From an uncultured Candidatus Rokubacteria bacterium (GTDB lineage: Bacteria > Methylomirabilota > Methylomirabilia > Rokubacteriales > CSP1-6): a DNA stretch of 64,000 nt. Positions 59,660 through 64,000 of this stretch are shown one piece after another. The stretch lies in the NCBI GenBank assembly GCA_963734175.1, contig CAVTGC010000004.1, positions 967,875-1,031,874 on the forward strand, given 5' to 3'. A model generated the notes under the pieces. It had not been told where the DNA came from, did not search any database, and saw only the letters and a list, made by a program, of their open reading frames with translations. The first letter of the stretch is position 1, and the number at the start of each line of letters is the position of its first letter. A program made the translations under genes and the position numbers.

Positions 59660-60181
59660 TCAGTCCCCCGCGAACTTCTGCGAGTTCCCCATCGCGGGCC
59701 ACACGTAGGCCTGCACGTTGGCCAGCGCCTGCCGCTGATGGTTGCGGTCGTGGTGGATCCACTCCTGCAGCAGGTCGCGCACGCGCAGGAGTCCGACGGT
59801 CGGATGGCGGCCGGCCCGCTCGAGGTCGGCCTCGCGCAGTCCCCGCACCAGCGCCGCGCTGTCCTGGCGCATCGCCACCAGCTCGTCCAGGAGCGCGGCC
59901 GCCGACTTCGTGCAGTCGCCGCGGGCGCGCGCGACGTCGGGCGGCTCCCACCGCTCGAGCAGCGGCGTGTCGGCGCCCTGGATGATGCGGATGCGGCCGT
60001 CGAAGCCGCGGCGATCGGCCTCGATCAGGTGGCCAATCACTTCCTTCACGCACCACTCCCCGGGGGCCGGGTGCCAGGCCAGCACGCGCGCCGGCAGCGC
60101 GGCCAGCTCGGCCCGGAGCTGGGCGGCCGTGCTCGTCAGGAGCGCGGCGATCTCGGCGGGGGCGAGCGGCGCGTCGGCCAT
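59660..60181 (-). CDS. DinB/DinB_2 family protein (second copy)
   Basis: 173 aa. Has 'HLIEAD' and 'HHDRNH' His motifs. Confidence 0.7.
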   Translation of the reverse strand: MADAPLAPAEIAALLTSTAAQLRAELAALPARVLAWHPAPGEWCVKEVIGHLIEADRRGFDGRIRIIQGADTPLLERWEPPDVARARGDCTKSAAALLDELVAMRQDSAALVRGLREADLERAGRHPTVGLLRVRDLLQEWIHHDRNHQRQALANVQAYVWPAMGNSQKFAGD

Positions 60182-61587
60182 CAGACGTTGGTCACGATCG
60201 AGGGCGGCTCCTCGTTCAGCGCGCGCTTGAGCGCGGTGGCGAGGGCGGCGTCGTGCTCGTGGTCCACGGCGAAGATGCGGCACTGGGCGACCTTGCCGGG
60301 CAGGTACTTGAGGATCTCGCTGAGCGGCTCCTCCGACACCGAGCCGGTGGCCGAGTCGAAGACGTAGATCTGGCGGTCCCCCATCTTGAGCGGGTTGAGC
60401 GGACGCGGGTCCTGCAGCGCCATGTCGATCTTGAACTTGACGTCGCGCAGCCGGGGCGGCAGGAAGCTGGCCACCCGCTTCTCGACTTCCTCCGGGTTCA
60501 GGAATCCCTGGCCCTTGCGCGCCTCGAACTGGTCGAGCACCTCCTCGCCCGCCATCCGCCACTTGAGCCGCCGGTCGAGCACGTGGCGCCACTCCGCGCC
60601 CAGCGCCCGCCGCTCGGCGTCGTCGGCGTCGTGCCAGCGAGCGACGTCCTCCAGCAGCGTCCACTCGGTGAGGTGCAGGTACGGGTGCAGGTCCTTGCGC
60701 AGGTCGTAGGGAAACGCGATCCGCATCGTGTCGCGGAAGATCTCCTTGAGGTGAAGGTCGATCCCGCGCGTCGTCCGATGGTAGTAGACGTTGGTGTACA
60801 TGTAGAAGCGCGCGTTGAGGAACATCGTGAACGCCTGCAGCCCGCTGCGGTCGAGCGTGAGCCCCTTCTCGGAGAAGAACGAGTAGTAGATGATCCGCTC
60901 GATGTCGATCGGCCCCACCGCCACCCCGCACATGTAGGAGTCGCGCAGTACATAATCCATGTTGTCGGCGGTGAACACGCCCGACAGCAGCGGCTTCAGG
61001 AACGGCAGCCACCTGGGATGTGATTCAAGGGGATGCGTATACGACTTCCCCATCAGATAACAGATCCATTCGGGATCGATCTTCTCGTCCGCGTTGAAGA
61101 CCCCGTTGGGGCTGCGCCGCAGCTCCCGCAGAACCTCGGCCAGATCCTCACGGATGATGCGCTGGCCGAGCAGCTCGTGGGTGAGGTCGTAGTCGACCAG
61201 GAAGTTGTCGTCGAAGAAGTGGCCAAAGGGGCCATGGCCGACGTCGTGGAGCAGGCCGGCCATCCGCAGCAGCTCCTCGATGAGCGGAGCCGACGGCGCG
61301 TCGGGGAAGATGGCTCGCAGCGAGGGATAGAGCTGCTGGGCGAAGCGGCCGGCCAGGTGCATGGCGCCCAGCGAGTGCTGGAACCGGCTGTGCTCGGCGG
61401 CCGGGAACACCCAGCGTGCCGACTGCAGCTGGGGCACGCGGCGCAGGCGCTGGACCCACGGGGTGTCGATCAGGTCCTGCTCGGTCGCCTCGCCGGGAAT
61501 GCCGCCGGGGCGCGTGTACAGGATGTACTGGTGGATCGGGTCGGCGATGAGGCCGCGCCCCTGGTACGTGTCGATGGCGCCCTTCAT
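60181..61587 (-). CDS. HD-domain dNTP triphosphohydrolase, SAMHD1/Dgt-like
   Basis: Has 'DPIHQYIL', 'LIDTPWVQRLRRV', 'HSRFQHSLGAMHLA' and 'LLHDVGHGPFGHFFD'. Confidence 0.8.
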   Translation of the reverse strand: MKGAIDTYQGRGLIADPIHQYILYTRPGGIPGEATEQDLIDTPWVQRLRRVPQLQSARWVFPAAEHSRFQHSLGAMHLAGRFAQQLYPSLRAIFPDAPSAPLIEELLRMAGLLHDVGHGPFGHFFDDNFLVDYDLTHELLGQRIIREDLAEVLRELRRSPNGVFNADEKIDPEWICYLMGKSYTHPLESHPRWLPFLKPLLSGVFTADNMDYVLRDSYMCGVAVGPIDIERIIYYSFFSEKGLTLDRSGLQAFTMFLNARFYMYTNVYYHRTTRGIDLHLKEIFRDTMRIAFPYDLRKDLHPYLHLTEWTLLEDVARWHDADDAERRALGAEWRHVLDRRLKWRMAGEEVLDQFEARKGQGFLNPEEVEKRVASFLPPRLRDVKFKIDMALQDPRPLNPLKMGDRQIYVFDSATGSVSEEPLSEILKYLPGKVAQCRIFAVDHEHDAALATALKRALNEEPPSIVTNV

Positions 61588-61600
61588 GAGGTGGAGTGTA

Positions 61601-62641
61601 TCAACGAGGCGGCGGGTAGAGACGGTAGCGATCGACGGAGCGCACGCTGATGACCCGCACCCGGTCGTCGCGTCGCACCGCGACCTCGATCAGATCGCCG
61701 GCCTGGCGCCGCCACAGCTGCTCGTAGAACTCCTCCTGGGAGGCCACGTCCACCCCGTTGACGCGGACGATCTGGTCGCCGCGCCGGAAGCCGGCCGCGC
61801 GGGCCGGGCCCGACTCGTTGAAGCCGTCGACGACCACGCGGCCGGGGTGGGCCGCCGTGTAGAGGCCGATCCACGCCCGGGGCCGGCGGCTCATCACGCG
61901 ACCGGACGCCACCAGCTCGTCCTTGACGGCGAGGAACTTCTCAGCGGGGATGGCCAGGCTGACGTAGGGCGACTCGCCCAGCCGCAGCGAGACGACGCCG
62001 ACCACGCGTCCGTGCTCGTCGACGGCGGCGCTGCCACCCCACGAGGTCATCGACGGGGCCAGCATCAACGCCCGGTCCAGCATGTACTCCCAGAACGCCG
62101 AGAAGCGGCGCACCGACTGCAGTGTGGCGGTCACGTGCACGAGATCACCGTCCTCGTCGACGCCGACGGTGCCGGTGACGGCGCCCACCTGCAGGTCGCT
62201 GGACGGCCACAGCTCGGCCACCGGCCACGGGCCCGCCCCCTCCAGCTGCACCACGGCCAGGCCGGTGTCGAGGTCGAAGCCGACCAGCCGGGCCGGGACC
62301 GAGCGCCCGTCGCGCAGCCGGGCCTCGATGCGGAGGGCGTCGAGGACGACGTAGCTGACGGTGATCGCGTAGCCGCGGGGGTCGAACACGACGGCGCTGC
62401 CGAACCGGCGGGAGCCCAGCCGCGCGGAGGACGGCCGGTCCTCCGCCGCCTGCACGTGGAGGCCGACGATGGCCGGCTCCACACGCCGCACGTACGTGGG
62501 CAGCGCGGCCAGGTCGTTGGGGTGTGGGCGGGTCTCCCGCGCGGCCGGCCGCGCCAGCGCCAGGCCGGCCGAGACGAGCAGCGTGGTCCCCACAGTCGCG
62601 GCGATCCAGCCCCGCATCGGGTCAATAGCGCGCGCGCTCAT
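61601..62641 (-). CDS. HtrA/DegP-like trypsin-fold + PDZ protein, possibly catalytically degenerate
   Basis: S1C fold alignment. The catalytic Asp is kept ('DTGLAVVQL'). The His region reads 'TVSYVV' and the Ser region reads 'MTSWGGS' instead of GNSGG. ATGA overlap with the rfbB stop. Confidence 0.65.
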   Translation of the reverse strand: MSARAIDPMRGWIAATVGTTLLVSAGLALARPAARETRPHPNDLAALPTYVRRVEPAIVGLHVQAAEDRPSSARLGSRRFGSAVVFDPRGYAITVSYVVLDALRIEARLRDGRSVPARLVGFDLDTGLAVVQLEGAGPWPVAELWPSSDLQVGAVTGTVGVDEDGDLVHVTATLQSVRRFSAFWEYMLDRALMLAPSMTSWGGSAAVDEHGRVVGVVSLRLGESPYVSLAIPAEKFLAVKDELVASGRVMSRRPRAWIGLYTAAHPGRVVVDGFNESGPARAAGFRRGDQIVRVNGVDVASQEEFYEQLWRRQAGDLIEVAVRRDDRVRVISVRSVDRYRLYPPPR

Positions 62642-63636
62642 CGCTGCCCGTACTGGCGCTCGTAGTACGCGCGGAACTCGCCGGACTTCAGCGGCTGCCA
62701 CCAGCCCGGATGCGCGCTGTACCAGCGCACGGTCGTCTCCAGCGCCGAGGGGAACGGATGGCGCGGCGCCCAGCCGAGCTGCCGGACCTTGCTGGCGTCG
62801 AGGGCGTAGCGACGGTCGTGGCCGGGCCGGTCGGCCACGGGCTGGATCAGCCCCTCGGCCTTGTCGAGCAGACGCAGGATCTCGCGCGTGAGGGCGAGGT
62901 TCGCCACCTCGTGGCCGCCGCCGATGTTGTAGACCTCGCCCTCGCGGCCCCGCCGCAGCACCAGATCGATCGCCGCGCAGTTGTCGAGCACGTAGAGCCA
63001 GTCGCGCACCTGACCGCCGTCGCCGTAGAGCGGCAGCGGCCGGTCCTCCAGGGCGTTGGTCACGAACAGCGGCACCAGCTTCTCGGGGTACTGGTAAGGC
63101 CCGAAGTTGTTGGACGAGCGGGTGATGACGACCGGCACGCCGTGGGTACGCCAGGCCGCCAGCGCCAGCAGATCGCCGCCGGCCTTGGCCGCCGAGTACG
63201 GATTGGACGGCTGCAGTGGCGCGTCCTCGCCGGCCGCTCCGCTGGCGATCGAGCCATACACCTCGTCGGTGCTGATCTGCAGCATCCGTGGGATGCGCAG
63301 CTCTCGCACGGCCTCCAGCAGCACGTGCACGCCGAGCACGTTCGTCTTCAGGAACTCGTCGGGGTCGAGGATCGAGCGGTCGACGTGGCTGGGGGCGGCG
63401 AAATTCACGATCGCGTCCATCCCGCGGGCCACGTCGCGCACGAGCTTGGCGTCGCCGATGTCGCCGTGCACGAACGCGTAGCGGGGGTCGTGCTCGACGT
63501 CGGCCAGATTCGCCGGGTTGCCGGCGTAGGTCAGCTTGTCGAGGTTGAGGACGCTGTCCGCGGGATGCTCGGCCAGGACCCACCGGATGAAGTTCGACCC
63601 GATGAACCCGCTGCCCCCCGTGACCAGCAACTTCAT
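62638..63636 (-). CDS. rfbB: dTDP-glucose 4,6-dehydratase
   Basis: Has 'MKLLVTGGSGFIGSNF' and 'YSAAKAG' motifs. Confidence 0.85.
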   Translation of the reverse strand: MKLLVTGGSGFIGSNFIRWVLAEHPADSVLNLDKLTYAGNPANLADVEHDPRYAFVHGDIGDAKLVRDVARGMDAIVNFAAPSHVDRSILDPDEFLKTNVLGVHVLLEAVRELRIPRMLQISTDEVYGSIASGAAGEDAPLQPSNPYSAAKAGGDLLALAAWRTHGVPVVITRSSNNFGPYQYPEKLVPLFVTNALEDRPLPLYGDGGQVRDWLYVLDNCAAIDLVLRRGREGEVYNIGGGHEVANLALTREILRLLDKAEGLIQPVADRPGHDRRYALDASKVRQLGWAPRHPFPSALETTVRWYSAHPGWWQPLKSGEFRAYYERQYGQR

Positions 63637-63652
63637 CCCAGACTCCCGCCCA

Positions 63653-64000
63653 CTAGCCGCGGGTGACCTCCCAGATGTCGGCGCCGGCATAGTCCCACGG
63701 GAGCCGGCCCTCGTCGCACGAGGAGGGCTCGGCCGAGAAGTGCACGTCGGTGAAGTAGATGATCCGGCCGGGCGCCGTTCCCAGATTGCGCACCCCGTGG
63801 GCCACGCCGGGCGGGATGCGCAGCAGGCGGGAGGCGCCGTCGCCGAGCACGAGCCGCATGCGCGCTCCCTCCGAGGGCGAGCCCTGACGGGTGTCGATCA
63901 GCACGATCAGCATGCGATCGGCGGGCGGCACGTACCAGACGTCGGTCTGGCGGACGTGCAGGTGGAAGGCTTTGATGGTGCCCGGCGCCAGCTCACTGAA
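63653..64000 (-). CDS. rfbC: dTDP-4-dehydrorhamnose 3,5-epimerase (5' end beyond window)
   Basis: The ORF is open to the window edge. Has RmlC cupin motifs. Confidence 0.7.
   Translation of the reverse strand, partial: FSELAPGTIKAFHLHVRQTDVWYVPPADRMLIVLIDTRQGSPSEGARMRLVLGDGASRLLRIPPGVAHGVRNLGTAPGRIIYFTDVHFSAEPSSCDEGRLPWDYAGADIWEVTRG

Noticed and set aside
1-64000. Search for CRISPR repeats, tRNA or rRNA genes, and transposase, integrase or phage genes.
   Set aside because: No repeat-spacer periodicity was seen. No ORF has recombinase or transposase motifs, and no tRNA-like cloverleaf was noticed in the intergenic regions, which are all under 160 nt. Without tools this is not exhaustive.

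Overview
This is a roughly 70% GC, gene-dense bacterial chromosomal segment. About 65 tightly packed protein-coding genes lie on both strands, many with 1- or 4-nt start/stop overlaps. No rRNA, tRNA, CRISPR array, transposase or integrase was recognised by eye, but the window was not scanned exhaustively. Envelope genes point to a Gram-negative-type cell: RND efflux with a lipoprotein adaptor, a PpiD-like chaperone, and TAT/Sec-signal solute-binding proteins. The taxon cannot be fixed from sequence alone; it could be Myxococcota, Acidobacteria or Rokubacteria-like, and that is inference only.

Gene content is mostly transport and catabolism:
- Transport: an RND efflux pair; a phosphonate ABC locus (phnD-phnC-phnE-phnE) that is co-transcribed with an FAD amine-oxidase-like gene and followed by a DinB_2 gene; a family-5 SBP with two permeases but no ATPase; and an Fe(III)-type ABC set.
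- Oxygenases and hydrolases: a Rieske alpha subunit, a LigB extradiol dioxygenase, a gentisate-dioxygenase-like bicupin, an FAD monooxygenase, a GLO-like FAD oxidase, an LLM flavin oxidoreductase, and four alpha/beta hydrolases.
- Also present: an orphan molybdopterin hydroxylase large subunit, an acyl-CoA dehydrogenase, a CoA-transferase, and SDR/HIBADH dehydrogenases.
- Housekeeping: greA, ppiD, trmI, queC, a bacterial topoisomerase IB, and rfbB/rfbC at the right edge.

The stretch least like ordinary metabolism is the left edge, positions 1-3032. A 5'-truncated ParB/DndB(DGQHR)-like ORF is followed immediately by a TPR-CHAT (caspase-like) protein gene. That gene is broken by two frameshifts and may carry a Cys->Ser change at the catalytic position. 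This looks like the remnant edge of a conflict or defence module that continues upstream of the window.

A second theme is recurring apparent 1-nt indels: two in the TPR-CHAT gene, one in greA, and possibly one in a G6/C6 palindrome at the 5' end of phnC. Two of these sit in G/C runs, so sequencing or assembly error is a live alternative to real pseudogenisation.

Other items worth a second look:
- a SAMHD1/Dgt-like HD-domain dNTPase next to a DinB_2 gene;
- an HtrA-fold protein that appears to lack the His and Ser catalytic motifs;
- a REC domain fused to a HisKA-like segment with no conserved His and no ATPase domain;
- two paralogous thioredoxin-fold proteins sharing a WSSDC motif.

All coordinates come from the supplied ORF track plus manual counting of start codons. 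Start sites are the least certain element throughout.
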